Assembly (NCBI RefSeq): GCF_018977255.1
Contig: NW_024704743.1
Coordinates: forward strand, 3,784,001 to 3,848,000
DNA: 64,000 nt
Origin: Callorhinchus milii
Taxonomy: Eukaryota
Reading direction: 5' to 3'
Part shown: positions 38,373 through 50,975 of the stretch, piece by piece
Position numbering within the stretch: position 1 is the first letter of the stretch
How the letters are laid out: each line of letters starts with the position of its first letter
Translations under genes and position numbers: made by a program
Notes under the pieces: generated by a model
Databases searched by the model: none
What the model saw: the letters and a program-made list of their open reading frames with translations, nothing else
What the model was told of the DNA's origin: nothing

Positions 38373-39699
38373 GAAGGGGTGCACCCATAAAAGCATAAGA
38401 GTAAAACATAATAATTATATCTCCGCCATTTGATATAACAATTTCTCATGTCCATAATGTGTCAAAATGCTTCACAGGATTGAACGTAAAGTGTAGTGAA
38501 GAAGGTTTGTTAGACATCACAAGAAGCCAAAGGATAGTCGGGCTCATTATAGTATCACTGCTCAAATATTCAATGAAGTCAGTAGCTCATTTTATTATTT
38601 CATTTTATTATGTTCCATTAGTTTCAATTATTTCAGTAAAGTAAATAAATTATTCAGCAAAAAATCGTTAGGGTTTAAAATAATTATAAAAAGAGTTGAA
38701 CGTGTTTTTCTTTGGCTGGGCGAATGCTTTGAGACAAACTACCAACGTGAAAAGTGCTACATTAAATGCAAGGATTATTATTATCATCATTATTTTCAAT
38801 ATCGAACACGCAAAAGGCGGCCAGTTTGCAAATGAACCTTCTTCTACCCGCAGTGGTTACACAACATCTGTCACAGCCAGGCCTCTTCACCGCCTCTGGA
38901 AATGTATGTTGGCAGCGAAATGCCAGGATTGGAGTACGCTGTCCATTCTCTGTTTGCAGTCAGAGCGCTGATATTTTGAACGTAATTTGATTTGTATCAA
39001 AACCCAATCCACCTTTGAAAATAAAGTGATTTACCCTCTGGGGCGCACACTGCGGTAACATTTGATGGACATGTGAAGCCATTCGGGAATTAAATCCTGC
39101 AAAGCACTTTCAGACGTCCTACTGGTGTAAAATGAATATCAGATGTCAGGGCTATTTATTTATTATTTCCCGATGTTAGTTTCATTCAAATTGGAAAAAA
39201 AAACACACCCGATTTTGCCAATTAAATCCCCTAAATTTCTCCTGCAAGATTAGGTAGAGCCATGGCTCATTCTTAAATTCAGTCTTAATTTCACAAACTG
39301 TATAAAAATGGCTTGCTAGAGTTACACCAAAGGGCTATTTCAGGACAGACACCAGGGAGCTTTTCCTAACCTGGAGACTAACCCTATGCAGTATAAAGAC
39401 AGAATAAGTACAAGACCCAACTGAGGACTAAATTGCCAAACTACTCTCAACTGCCTACTCAGCTTCATTATTTTTTTAAAAAAAATGGAAGTGTAAAGAG
39501 CACAACAAATTAACATCTTTTGTATCATTGATTGCATTGTTTGAATGTTAAAATGTCAAAATCTCAGTCGCACGGTATAATTTTCTTAAATGCTGCAAAT
39601 GCGGCATGAATTCTAAAGCACTGCAGCGGGTAATCATTTAAGTATTGATTTTACCTAACAGCCTGCATGTTAACAAAGATCTGTCCAACATCAATTTGC

Positions 39700-41470
39700 A
39701 GGGACACAAGAAGACCAACAAGGGGAGATAACATCTTGGATTTGATAATGAGCAACAGGGACAATCAAAACTCCAACGTAAAGGTAGGAGAAGTCTTAAG
39801 CAACAGCGATCACAAGACAGTCACATTTGACATCACAAGAGTTGGTGAAGTTATAAAAACTCAAACAAAACTGCCAAATTTCAAGAGGAATGACTTTATA
39901 CGCTTGAGAAGTCTAGTCAGAATGGGCCGGACAGGCTTAAATATGGCAATGGGAGTGGAGGACCTGTGAAGTTCCTTCAAGGAAGTGATTATGAAGGCAA
40001 TGAAACAATGTGTACCCATGTGAAACAAAGGTACCAAGTTTAAAGGCGCTCCTGCCCGGTTGGATGGGGCTACAAAGCAAATCATCAAGTGGAAAACAAA
40101 AAGCATTTAAGGCCATGAAGGAAAATGGCATGGAATTAAGTCAGACTCAATACCAGAAGGCATGCCAGGACTGCAAAAAAGGCATCAGGATGGCAAAGAA
40201 AATCTTTGAATTGAACATGGCAAGAGACGTGAAGGATAATAACAAAAAGTTTTTTAGTTACGTTAAGAGTGGAAGACAACCGAGCAATGGAAAAGGGCCA
40301 CTGAAGGTGGATTCGAGAGACAACATAGCAAATAATGCTGCACAGGCTGCAGTAGTGCTGAATAAATTGTTTGCATCAGTTTTTACCAAGGAGGAGACGG
40401 GTGACCTATCTGATCTGGAAAGAGTACTCAAGGATGTCGCAGAGAAAAGTTGTGACACTATTCATATCATTACCAGCATGGTTGTCAAACAGCTGTGCAA
40501 ACTTAAGGTAAATAAATCTCAGAGACCGGATAAATTGCATCCGAGGATCCTTAAGGAAATAAGGGAAGAAGTCGCAGAAATGCTGGTAGAAATTTTTTCA
40601 AAAATCACAGAATACTTGAGAGGTGCCGGGGGACTGGAGAAAGGCAGATGTTACTCCTATTTTTAAGAAAGGTAACAAAAGTGACCCAGGAAACTACAGA
40701 CCAGTAAGTTTGACATCCATTGTGGGTAAAATTATAGAGACTCTTAGTAAGGATCAAATCATGGAGCATCCGGACAGAAATAAAATTATAAATGATAGCC
40801 AATATGGGTTCATGAAGGGGAGGTCTTCCTAATCTAATTTACTTGTTTTCTTTGACGGTGTGACAGGGGAGTTTGATAAGGGTAAGGCTGTGGATGTTCT
40901 ATATCTGGATTTCAGTAAGGTCTTTGATACAGTTCCTCATGAGAGGCTGATACTGAAAGTAAAAAAAAAAGCAGGAATCAGTGGAGGTATATTACAACGG
41001 ATACGCAATTGGTTATGCAACAACAATTTCCATTTATATAAAGCTTCCATAGAAATTGAGAATTGTTTGTGTGTGTGTAAATGAGTAAGTGACTACCAAA
41101 TGAACTCATGCCTCTGTGGCAGTCCAGTTCCTGAGCGTTTATAAGATTCTAAAGGGACTGGATAATGTAGACTATGATAAGCTGTTTTACCTTGTGCAGA
41201 ACAGTAGAACTAGAGGACATAGCCTGTGATTGAAGAGGGTAAATGTAAAACAAATTTGCGGAAACACACTATTTCAGTGAGCGAGTTGTAAATGCATGGA
41301 ACAGGCTCCCGAGGGAGGCACGGAAACAGAAAGTGTCGATTTTTCAAAAGCAAATTAGATAGATTTCTTTTAGAAAATAATGTCTTAGGACACAGTATAT
41401 AGTTTGGGACATGACATGTGTATCCGACTGCCAGGATGGTGGAAGGCAAACTGGATGGACCTGAGCGAGG
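39700..41470 (+). pseudogene. CR1 LINE, 5'-truncated with an internal deletion; ORF2 disrupted
   Basis: PTRGDNILDLI (end of endonuclease), KKFFSYV, PDKLHPRILKE, WRKADVTPIFKKG...PGNYRPVSLTS, QYGFMKGRS, VDVLYLDFSKVFDTVPH; jumps to the 3' end at about 41137. Confidence 0.97.
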
Positions 41471-41599
41471 TTCCAGCAAGTTGGCGTAAGGCACACTGAC
41501 ATCAAACCAAGCTCCTGTCTGCCTGTTCAGGTGGATGTTGAAGATCCCATGATACTATTCAAAGAGAGAACATTGAAGATCCCATAATACTACTACTGC

Positions 41600-41975
41600 T
41601 ACTAATAATAATCCTGACATTTGATGTAGCATCTTATCGCAACTTTGAGATGCCTCAAAGTGCTTCACAGAATATACTGTAAAGTGAATTGACTGCAAAT
41701 TTTGTGGGCGAATCGCGGCAGTGTTCAGCTGTGTCCCACACAAGGTCATGGATTGAGCAACCGATTTATTTATTCATCATTTTATTTGTCTTGAAGGAAT
41801 TATAACCCCGGAAAAGCAATCCGCCAATCGACTAATGACCGAGTTCCTACTTACTACTGGGTAAACAGAGGCGTGCGGAGTAAGGAAACTTGTCCAACTT
41901 TCGCCCTGCCCAGGAATCAAACCCAGGTCTCTCGCTTGCGAGGTGAATGCTCTAATCACTGAGCTACAGAACTCC
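41600..41975 (-). mobile_element. Family B SINE, full length
   Basis: Ends ACTGAGCTACAGAACTCC. Confidence 0.92.
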
Positions 41976-42719
41976 ATGGAGTTAACAATACTTTTGTTCT
42001 TAGTAGCCAGGCGGGTTCACAATACCGCAAAGTACTGTTGATGAGACAACAGGCATCCAGCTTGGAATTCCAGCATCACGTTGAGGAGCAGATGAGTGTG
42101 TGTTTGTGTGGCAACACCTTGTCACAGTAAGCAATTAACACCTTATGCTGACCTGATTTGATTGCCATCAGCAACCTCTTGTTCCAACCAGGACTGCTCA
42201 CCACAGGTCCATGATTCAGGAAATCAACAAGCTGAGACAGAGGAAACAAATCTACACTTCTGCTGTGGGTGTAAACCTCGGCTTCCATCTGAGAAATGTT
42301 ATCAACAGGTTTGGACATATCGCAAAGGAGACCAAATCTAAAAGCTGGAAGTAAATAGAGAGGTTGACCCAGTTTGTCAATGGAGTTAAAGGATACAGTC
42401 CCTCATGCAAAAAACAGATTTCTTCAAATGGAGAAATGTCGGGAAAATCTCCACAATGTGTCCCAACTAGAACCGTCCCTATCTGTTAGGGCTTTGGCAT
42501 GCAGGGTTAATTTTTTTTAAGTCAGCTGAGTGTTTGACTCAGGCAAAAGCCACCAAACCCCACAAAATTCTGCCCACAAAATATACAGTACAATTCGCTT
42601 TACAGTAAATTCTGTGAAGCGCTTTGAGACGTCTCGAAGACATGATAAGGGGCTACATCAAACCCAAGGATTGTTATTATTGTACGCTTTATCCGTTGGC
42701 TTGCAAGGCTGGCAGGAGC

Positions 42720-42945
42720 TGTGTGGGAAAAATCCCTGGCCCCAGTGATTGGTCTGCCCTTCCAAGTCCTACTGATGAGCTAGGCTGATTGATCTGTCAT
42801 CAGCAGTCCCCAAGAGTCCTGCAGATCTCCCTGACTCAGGAACTAGACTACCGAGACCGCCACAGAGCACGAATATGATAATGCCATTCCGTTGCCAAGA
42901 ACGTCAGCTTGGAGACAATTCAGCTCCAAGGAGACAAAAGCTTAT
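42720..42945 (+). repeat. Ancient interspersed repeat, unclassified (second family)
   Basis: TTCCAAGTCCTACTGATGAG...CTCAGGAAC...ATTCCGTTGCCA shared with 48700-48945. Confidence 0.6.
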
Positions 42946-42957
42946 CTAGGTTCATAT

Positions 42958-43240
42958 TCATAGAATCATAGAATATTACAGCACAGAAGGAGGCCATTCG
43001 GCCGTGGCCGGCTCTTTGAAGAGCTACCTGAACGGTCCCACTCCCCCGCTCTTTCCCATATCCTTTGGAATTTTTTTCCTCTTCAAATATCTATCGAATT
43101 CCCTTGCGAAAGTTGTTATTGAATCTGTTTCCACCACACTGTTAGGCAGTGCATTCCAGACCGTCACAACTGTCTGTGGAAAAAACAATATCTTTATCTC
43201 CCCTCTGGTCCTTTGGCCAATTATTTTTAATCTACTTCCC
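42958..43240 (-). mobile_element. CR1 LINE 3' end
   Basis: TCATAGAATCATAGAAT tail; GGCAGTGCATTCCAGA. Confidence 0.9.
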
Positions 43241-44384
43241 TTAGCACGCAGTTGTGGAACTTTGTCTAACTAGGGTACTCTTAAACATAATGGTGGATTT
43301 CTGCACATCTCAAACACCCAGCTGACCAAAATCAACATCACTGCAAACACCCAGACTCTTTTATTAATGGTAAAAATTATAATAATAATAATAATACTTG
43401 CACTTAATGTATTGTTTTATCGTGTCATAGAGACGTGAGGTTTGGTTGGTGTTTTGCTATACCTGCACTTGGCATAGTGCCTTATCATGTCTCAAATTGC
43501 TTCACAGGATATCGCTGCAAAGTGTAGTAACTGTGCATTTTTAGGCAAACCCACAGCAATGACCCACAAATGTTTACATGGATGCTGTCGACGACAAACA
43601 GCAAGAGTGCTAGTAGCGCACTGCATTCTCGCTCTCCATCAATTTATTCTGAGGGATGCCATTTTTTTGATTCAGATCGGGTCAAGGACACTTCCACTGC
43701 TCAGAACGAGTAAAAAAAAATATAGCTGAGCACTCTTCTTATTCCTGCCAGTGAAGGTAATCCCAAAACATCCTTGGCTATTTCATGGTTGAGTACTCGC
43801 CTATCTGGATGCTCCATAAATCCTAAGCTGCTTGTTTCCACAGCAACCGCCGTAACCAATTGCTAACTTGCAGTTTCTGGCCTGCACTGATTGTGTGTTA
43901 TATGTGTCTACGTTATAAATTGGGTTTTCTTCTTCTGATAGATTATATATTGAGGATGGGTAAGACTACACGGATTGTACCACAAATGCACCCAGTGCAC
44001 TTGTTTGTCAAATCTAGTGTGTAAGTTTATCAGATATCAAACGACTAACTGGTGATGTTCCTCTGGGGATAGGGGGGATGGGGGAGGTGGGCGGGTGGGG
44101 AAAGGGAAAGTAAGCTGGGTATCCTGGGGTGGGGATGGGGGGCGGGGGTTGGGGGCTGGAGTTACCTCAGGGTTTGGCAACGAAATATTGGAATCGAGTC
44201 AACCTCTGTGGCAGGCTTGATATGCGCTGGGTTCCTGAACCAGGCTCACTCCCAAGGCAGTGGCTTTGTGTTTTTTTTTCACGGGTCGTTAAAGAGTTAA
44301 AAAAAAATCCACCGTGCTTATCTTCTTTTGCCAGAAGTAAGATGTCTATTTGAATATGTAAATTTTCACCAGCGATACTTTGTC

Positions 44385-44620
44385 ATCTTTCCTCTGAGGT
44401 GAGAAATTAAAATACGAGCGAGGGTCAGCTCTGCTTTCCTTCCATCGGTATCAGCATTCGTCCACTACCTCACAAAGTGTCCACTCTTCGTACATGAGTC
44501 TAGACCAGCAGTGCATCGGACCGAGGGTCCTGTCGTGCATTCACGTGGATCTATCATGTCCGCAATGGGGTTTAACTTGCGTCATTCCCTATCGTGAAAA
44601 AGGAATTCTCTTAGTCACTG
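44385..44620 (-). repeat. Ancient interspersed repeat related to 32825-33145
   Basis: Reverse-complement similarity around CTCTTCGTACATGAGTCTAGACCAG. Confidence 0.5.
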
Positions 44621-45766
44621 TTGGATGAGGGAATCCTCCCACTCAGCTCCTGTTAACCCTGCAAGCCAATACCCTAATGGTAGTGTGGTCCTAGCTGGAC
44701 AAGCAGCGGGAAAGCTTGCCAGATGGCTCTCTCAACGGCGAGCTATGCGGCTTCAGCTGGTCAGACTCCAGCAGTTACCCCAACGCACACTCCGGGATGC
44801 TTTACGGAACGAGGTAAGCAGGATGGGTCCCTCCAGGGAGAGAGAGAGAGAGAGAGAGAGCGGATTCCAATCCAACAATCTATTCCTGGGATTTCCATGT
44901 GTAGGTGGGATGCATGGAATCAGCAGCTTGCTTTGGAGACTCTTAAGCAACGGTGATGGGTTTCCACATGTCTCAGACACATATGAGCAAAAAAAAATCT
45001 TAGAATTCCCGTCGACACCATACGACTGTCAGTCCGGAAGTAGATTTCAGCAGAGCAGAGCGTGCGCGAGGATAACTAGTTTTTCCTGATGTAATTGTGG
45101 TTATCTGAAAGTGTCCTCATTTATGCAACGGCGATCTTTAGCGTGTACTACCAACTAAGCTACGCTGACAGCCCTACATTCGGTGTAATCACCAATTTAG
45201 AGACCCTTTGGCACCGCAAAATGATTAAAGCTGTGATGTCAGTAAGTTTTTAATCTACATGAGCAGGAATCTCACAGGTTATATCCTCTCAGTGTCACTC
45301 TGTGAATTATTTAGTGGTGTTTCACTGCACCTTGTCAGATAATCTATTAAAATGCATTGATTCCATGAGTGAGAATGATAACTTCAACGCCCAGAGGAAC
45401 TCTTCCTTCACACCTAGGTCAAAATAGAAACAATCATTCTCGGGTGTGAGATAACAGTTTTCCATAAGACAGGCACCAAGCAGAGATACTACGCACTTAT
45501 TTTGAAAAATACCCGTGATGCTTCAGTTACATAATCCTTGCATTTGATATAGCGCCTGATCAGATGGTTCTATACAACGTCTCAAAGCGCTTCACGGAAT
45601 ATATTTTAGAGTGTCCTCCACCTTCACAACACTGGCCGTCTCTGACGAGTTATTGCCAAATTCTAGATACTTTAAAAGGCTAAGAAAATAAATTCAACCT
45701 ACGCCCAGGTCTACAAATTCCCCAAGAATGCCCTAACAAAAATGACGGTTGAAGCAAATGTCATAA

Positions 45767-46061
45767 TCTATCTAATCTTCTTCTATCTTACATATACCAA
45801 TAAAACGACAATGTCTGTCGGCGCTTCAAGAAGGATCTCAATAATCAATTGACGTAGAGTCATGATTTATACCTCATCGGAAAGGTCTTGCAGCTGAGAG
45901 TGACATGGGCTTATTTGTTTTCGGGTATCTGCTATCGTTCGTGAGTTATTTTCAGTTTTGTGTTTTTCACCTCGGCATCCTGTGTCACAGAGTACGTACG
46001 TAGCCAAGCGGAGGGAACAAAATAAAGAACGCAGACGAAGCTAAGCCGAGGCAACAGCTAC
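45767..46061 (+). mobile_element. Non-autonomous Helitron-like element
   Basis: 5' a|TCTATC...TATACCAATAAAACG..AATGTCTGTC; internal GAGTGACATGGGCTTATTT; 3' ACGCAGACGAAG...GGCAACAGCTA resembling a Helitron hairpin plus CTAG end. Confidence 0.6.
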
Positions 46062-46762
46062 AGCAAAATTACATTTATAAAACGCTGAGTCCTCCCACTG
46101 AGTTCTTCCAAAAGGAGTCCTCCCACAGTAGTCCTTCCAGATGAGTAAAGATAAAGATGAAATGTCTGTCTACTTCTGTCTACATTCCATATTGGATCCT
46201 TTGGTTGCAAACAAAGCTGAAATGGGTACAGCTAGCAGTTTATAAAAGAAAATTGGAAATATCTGATCAGGAAAAGTATAACAGGATATGGAGGAAAATC
46301 AGGAAAAAAACAGAGAGTTGGCACAAGTACAATTAACTGACTAGCTTTGCCTTATTCTCCTTCTACCATATTCTGCAACCTTAAACCCCTTTAAGGTTTA
46401 AGGTTTTTTTTTTTACGAGCCTTTCTGTAAAGAAATACGTTCTGATGTCTGTTCAGAAATTGTTCTTCAGAACCCTGCCCTTTTGAACTGTTCCCCAGTG
46501 CAACTAAAACTACAGTTTTCATTTTTTATTTCTTTATCTCACTTAGTATTTCTGATAACTCTATCAGGTCTCCTTGGAGACATCTATTTTATCCACTCCT
46601 GTGTGTTTCAGTATCCAGAAATACCATAGCAACAACAACGTGTATTTACATGGAGCCCTTCAGCCTGGCTCAGTTGGTTGCTCGCTTGCTTCTGTGTTAG
46701 ATGGTGGTGGGCTCAAGTCCTACATTTGGATTTAGAAGTTGTACCGTCTATGCTGACACTAC

Positions 46763-47095
46763 AATAATAATAATCCTTGCATTTGATATAGCACTTTATC
46801 ATGTCTTTGAGACATCTCAAAGCCCTTCACAGAATATACTGTAAAGTGAATTGACTGTATATTTTGTGGCAGTGTCCAACAAACAGTCGTGGATTGAGTG
46901 ACCAATTTTTTTTAAGGGAATATTACCACCGGAAAAGCAATCTGCCAATCGACTAACAACCGGGTTCCTACTTACTGCTAGTTAAACAGAAACGTGCGCA
47001 GTAAGGAAACTTCCCAGTGTTTCAACCTGCTGGGAATCAAACCCAGGTCTCCCGTTTGTGAGATGAGCGCTCTCACCACCGAGCTACAGGACTCC
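46763..47095 (-). mobile_element. Family B SINE abutting a family A head (46660-46762)
   Basis: Tail joins directly to GCTGACACT of the A head; ends GAGCTACAGGACTCC. Confidence 0.9.
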
Positions 47096-48319
47096 ATCTC
47101 CACTTAATGTCTGTGAGAGGATATTAACTTTGTGCTTAGTAATCAAATACATTTGGTTGTACACTTCCCTGACGGGTAAAGTCTCTCTCTGATATCTACC
47201 TAAAATCTTACAACTTCATGGCTGGTTCTGGGACATTGCTGTGTACAAATATGCTGTTGCATTTGCTCACAAAACACACAATAACTCCACTTCACGGTAT
47301 ATTTTCTGATGTGCTTTCAGACTGCCCCTCGATGTGAAAGGCTCTATATCGAATGTAAGGATTATTATTGCTGTTCACTTTTATTGTTCACTTAGAATAA
47401 CAACTTGGAACTCTTGAATACATGTCAGGCCTATGGGAAAAGACATTGTAACAGCTACTTCTCCTCAGACCATGTACCAGCACTATAACGTGTGGTATAA
47501 TCGTGATTTACTGACATGCACTCACTAAAACTTTATATCTGATGTTGCGAGTACATAAGAAACATAAATCAGTCAGGGATGAGAACAGGCCATTCAATTC
47601 AACACAGCAAAACATATCCCTCTAGTACATTAACTCTCGCATCTTGGCATCAAACCATATTTGGAATAAACCAATATTTCTCTCTATCACTTTGCCCAGT
47701 GGACAATTCCAAACATTTGAAATAAATAAGTAAAGGTGTTTTCTTCCCTGATGTCTATTCAAAATATACTTGTTGAATCTGAGTTAGAAGCTTGTGGGTT
47801 CAAGCCCCAGGTGGGCACTTGAAGCTCGCAAAGCCTCGGCTGACACCCCAATGCAGTGCTGGGGGGGAATCACTGCATTGTTGGAGACGCCTTTCAGATG
47901 GTGCTAACTGCAGCAGTGAGCTTGACAGTCAAATGTATGAAATACCTCATTATCTTCCAGTTAATAACCAACCCAAAACATATCTGTAATACAGCAGCTT
48001 GCTCAACACGTCACCAAATACATTAGACAAATCTTTAGCTATTCAAAACCAAACCCCAAACCCCTCTAACATTCACTAAATAAAGCAAGTGCAGTGTAAT
48101 AGCAATGTACCTTGGGGCTGTTTAGTTAATCGGCGAAAGCAGCTGAGAAATAGCTCATCCAGTAACCTTGACATTTATTCAATGCACAGCAGATGTTTAT
48201 TGCCTTTTAAGCTTGACAGGACTAACAGATTTTGTTTGCTACTCTCTCTTTATAAGAGATATTTGTTACGACACATGCAGGGTGTGCTAACAGGGCTAGA
48301 ACCTTAACTAAATGTTACA

Positions 48320-48386
48320 AGTTAGGTAGAATAATAATGATAATAATCCTTGCATTTGATTATTATCATTATTATTATATCTAACT
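48320..48386. repeat. 29-bp inverted repeat around a 9-nt SINE-tail loop
   Basis: ATAATAATGATAATAATC-cttgcattt-GATTATTATCATTATTAT is a perfect 18 bp, extending 11 bp into the flanks with 2 mismatches. Confidence 0.9.
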
Positions 48387-48699
48387 AGAGCACTTCCCCA
48401 GAACGTCACGATGAGTCCCTTTTCCCCCCTGCTGCTTCCACCTCCATCCCAACCCCATCCAAACAGATTGTTTTGAGTTGAAGTGTTGTAATTAATAGGA
48501 AGGCTCGTTCAGAATTCAGTGTGAAATAAATATCATCGATGGGATGAGAAAGAAATTCTCTCAGTCAAGGATAATTTGTGAGAAGTTTCTCTCTCCTGTT
48601 GGGTTGTTCTTCACAGTAAAAATATCAGCAATGTAGAAGTAGGAGCCCTCTCCTCATGGAAAACTGGAAAGCTTCCTGCTACTTGTCCAGCTAGAATCG

Positions 48700-48945
48700 C
48701 TCTACCCATTAGATTGTTGGCTCGTAGGTTCAACAGCAGTTGATCAGGAAGAATCACTGCCCCTTGTAACTTTTCCAAGTCTTACTGATGAGTCAGGCGA
48801 GCTGATCCAACATCAACAGTATTGTGGAGCTGCCTGGCTCAGGAACCAGATTAACAAGGAAGGCACCTCCGCAGAGAATTGCCTTGATTCTGATATTCCA
48901 TTGCCAGGCGTATCACCTTGAAGCCACCTGTCCCCAAGAGAAGAC
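48700..48945 (+). repeat. Ancient interspersed repeat related to 42720-42945
   Basis: Shared TTCCAAGTC.TACTGATGAG, CTCAGGAAC.AGA and ATTCC.TTGCCA blocks in the same order. Confidence 0.6.
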
Positions 48946-49547
48946 TTACCTTCTTTCACCCCAACTCAATAGATCTTACGGGTAAGAAGGGACGAGAGAG
49001 AAAAATATGTTCTCTAATACTTTTATGATACACTCAAAACCGAGCGTGAATAGTAAAAAAAAACTCACCAAAACAAGATGTACAACATAATGAACCGAAC
49101 ATGTCCCGATTCCAACATCAGGATTCCTGAGCCAAGGCACTACACTTATTTAAGAAATTATGGCATAATAGGAAGACAGTAGGGTGAGTACTCAGGGAGA
49201 ATGAGATCAAATAAGACAAAGAGCCTTACTCATCTGAACCTCTCTTGTGATCTTGTTGCTGCGCACTGAGAGTAGGCAGTAAAGTGACCTAATCCTGTAG
49301 GATATGATGCCGTTTATACTGTGAGAGATCATTTCAGTTCCAGGCTTTTAGTGTCTGAAAACCCTTTGATGTTTGGATACTTATTTTTGTTTAGGTGAAA
49401 CTTCAAGAGAAGAGTTTTATGCAATTTCATCCAAACATTGTTGTGTTGATGCAGCTTAAAATCCTTTGTTCCAGCGCTGCTGTACAGTTCTCAAGGCCAA
49501 TTATTTTTAATAGCTCCTATTAGAAGAGAAAAGAGGAAGGAGTAATG

Positions 49548-49860
49548 AATAATAATCCTTGCATTTGATATAGCACCTTTCACATCAGGAGTGTGTCTCA
49601 AAGTACTTCACAGGATGTACTGTAAAATATAATGTCTGTCCATTTGCAAATATCCAAATTTTGGCATATCAGGCATTTTGCTAACAGCAAAGCCCCACAA
49701 ACTGCCACGAAATGAACGATTGAATTTATCTGGAGGATTGTTGGCCAGGATGTCGGAAGAAACTCCATTCTCTTTTTGAATAGTGCCATGGGATCTTTGA
49801 CAGCCACCTGAACAGGCAGACGGGACCTTCCTTTCAATGTCTCAACCGAAGGATGGAACT
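49548..49860 (-). mobile_element. Family A SINE 3' two-thirds
   Basis: GAATAGTGCCATGGGATCTTTGACAGCCACCTGAACAGGCAGAC. Confidence 0.87.
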
Positions 49861-50008
49861 GATTTAAAAACAGAAAATTATCTTCGCTTTACCCGACCTT
49901 TGACATGTCGGGTGAGCTGTTTAGTCCCACGTACTTGGTGTATACCTCCCAACGCTGGATACGACTCATTTATGTGATAGATGGATTCCCATTGCTCATA
50001 AGGATTAC

Positions 50009-50092
50009 CTGCTGTTTCATAGTCAGTAATTCTTCCTCCAGGGTTGAGTACGGTTTCAATTTATTACCGCCATAATTCAGTCTGGACAACAT
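50009..50092 (-). CDS. Candidate 84-nt symmetric exon (MLSRLNYGGNKLKPYSTLEEELLTMKQQ)
   Basis: gtccttctgcccag|...CAGCAG|gtaatc, open in phase 0; no homology recognised. Confidence 0.2.
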
Positions 50093-50799
50093 CTGGGCAG
50101 AAGGACTGAATTTCATCAGCGGGCCAAAATATTTTTTTGTCAAAAGCTGCTGTCACTCGTGGAGGACATAATTGCACTGACGTTCGGTTTAGGAGCGGTA
50201 TGAAAATAGAATCGTATTACTTTTACGGAGGCCCAGGCTGCAGGGGCAATAAAAGAAGTCTCTTCTCAATGCCCGGGTTTGAGTGCTTCCTGTCAAGTCA
50301 AGCTTGCTTTTATTCCATTTCTGAATGGCATGTTTTGCCAATTCTTGACTCTGCCACGAGATGGAGCACCTCTCTGTAGCCATAATATTTTACCTGGGGA
50401 GGAGTGGGGGAGAGAGAGAGAGAGAGAGGGATTCATTGGGTTTCATGGCACCTCCAACGTTACAGAGAAGAACCGATGGCAAATTGAGCTCTTCTGTAGT
50501 CTGTCACAGCTAATCTTTCAGGCTGAAGGAGATTGTGACAGTGATTGGGAAATAGAGAGCAAAGTATGGATAAGCTAAAGCTAAAAAAAAACCACAGTGG
50601 AGATAAAAGAAGCAATAGTGGCTACTGGAAATGGAAAGTGTAGACTAAAAATGCTGGGAAGAGCACAAACAAGTCAATCAAAACAGCTGGAAGAGAGAGT
50701 GAGGTTAACATTTCTGATACGCATATAAATGACCTAGATATAGCAATATCAGAAATAAGCCCAGTACAGGGCATTGGCTTGGACCTCAAGCACTTCAAG

Positions 50800-50975
50800 G
50801 AGCTTACATCGGAACAGAGGAACAGGAGTAAGTCATTCATCCCCCTCAAGCCTGTTCCACCATTCTATTAGATCATGACTGATTTGCACCTCAACTCCAT
50901 TTGCCTGCCTTTGCTCCACATCCCTTGATACCTAACACCAATCTATCAAGCTCAGTCTTGAAAATTTCAATTGAT
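50800..50975 (-). mobile_element. CR1 LINE 3' end
   Basis: IEIFKTELDRL...GIKGCGAKAGKWS. Confidence 0.88.

Noticed and set aside
40010..40666. Longest ORF (218 aa) as a host gene
   Set aside because: It is a frameshifted piece of CR1 ORF2.
44625..45089. 154-aa plus-strand ORF
   Set aside because: It runs through a (GA)n microsatellite, adjoins an old repeat, and has no recognisable domain.
46377..46414. Perfect 11-bp hairpin followed by poly-T, shaped like an intrinsic terminator
   Set aside because: The context is eukaryotic and the stem is AT-rich, between decayed CR1 pieces; more likely a small fold-back duplication.
48785..48810. CTGATGAG followed by a short stem (also at 42772) as a hammerhead ribozyme
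   Set aside because: No GAAA follows the stem, so the catalytic core is incomplete.
49230..49294. Minus-strand AG...GTAAGG bounded segment (similar patterns near 4106, 14340, 17860 and 36320)
   Set aside because: Poor pyrimidine tracts or non-symmetric lengths; such patterns are expected by chance in 64 kb.
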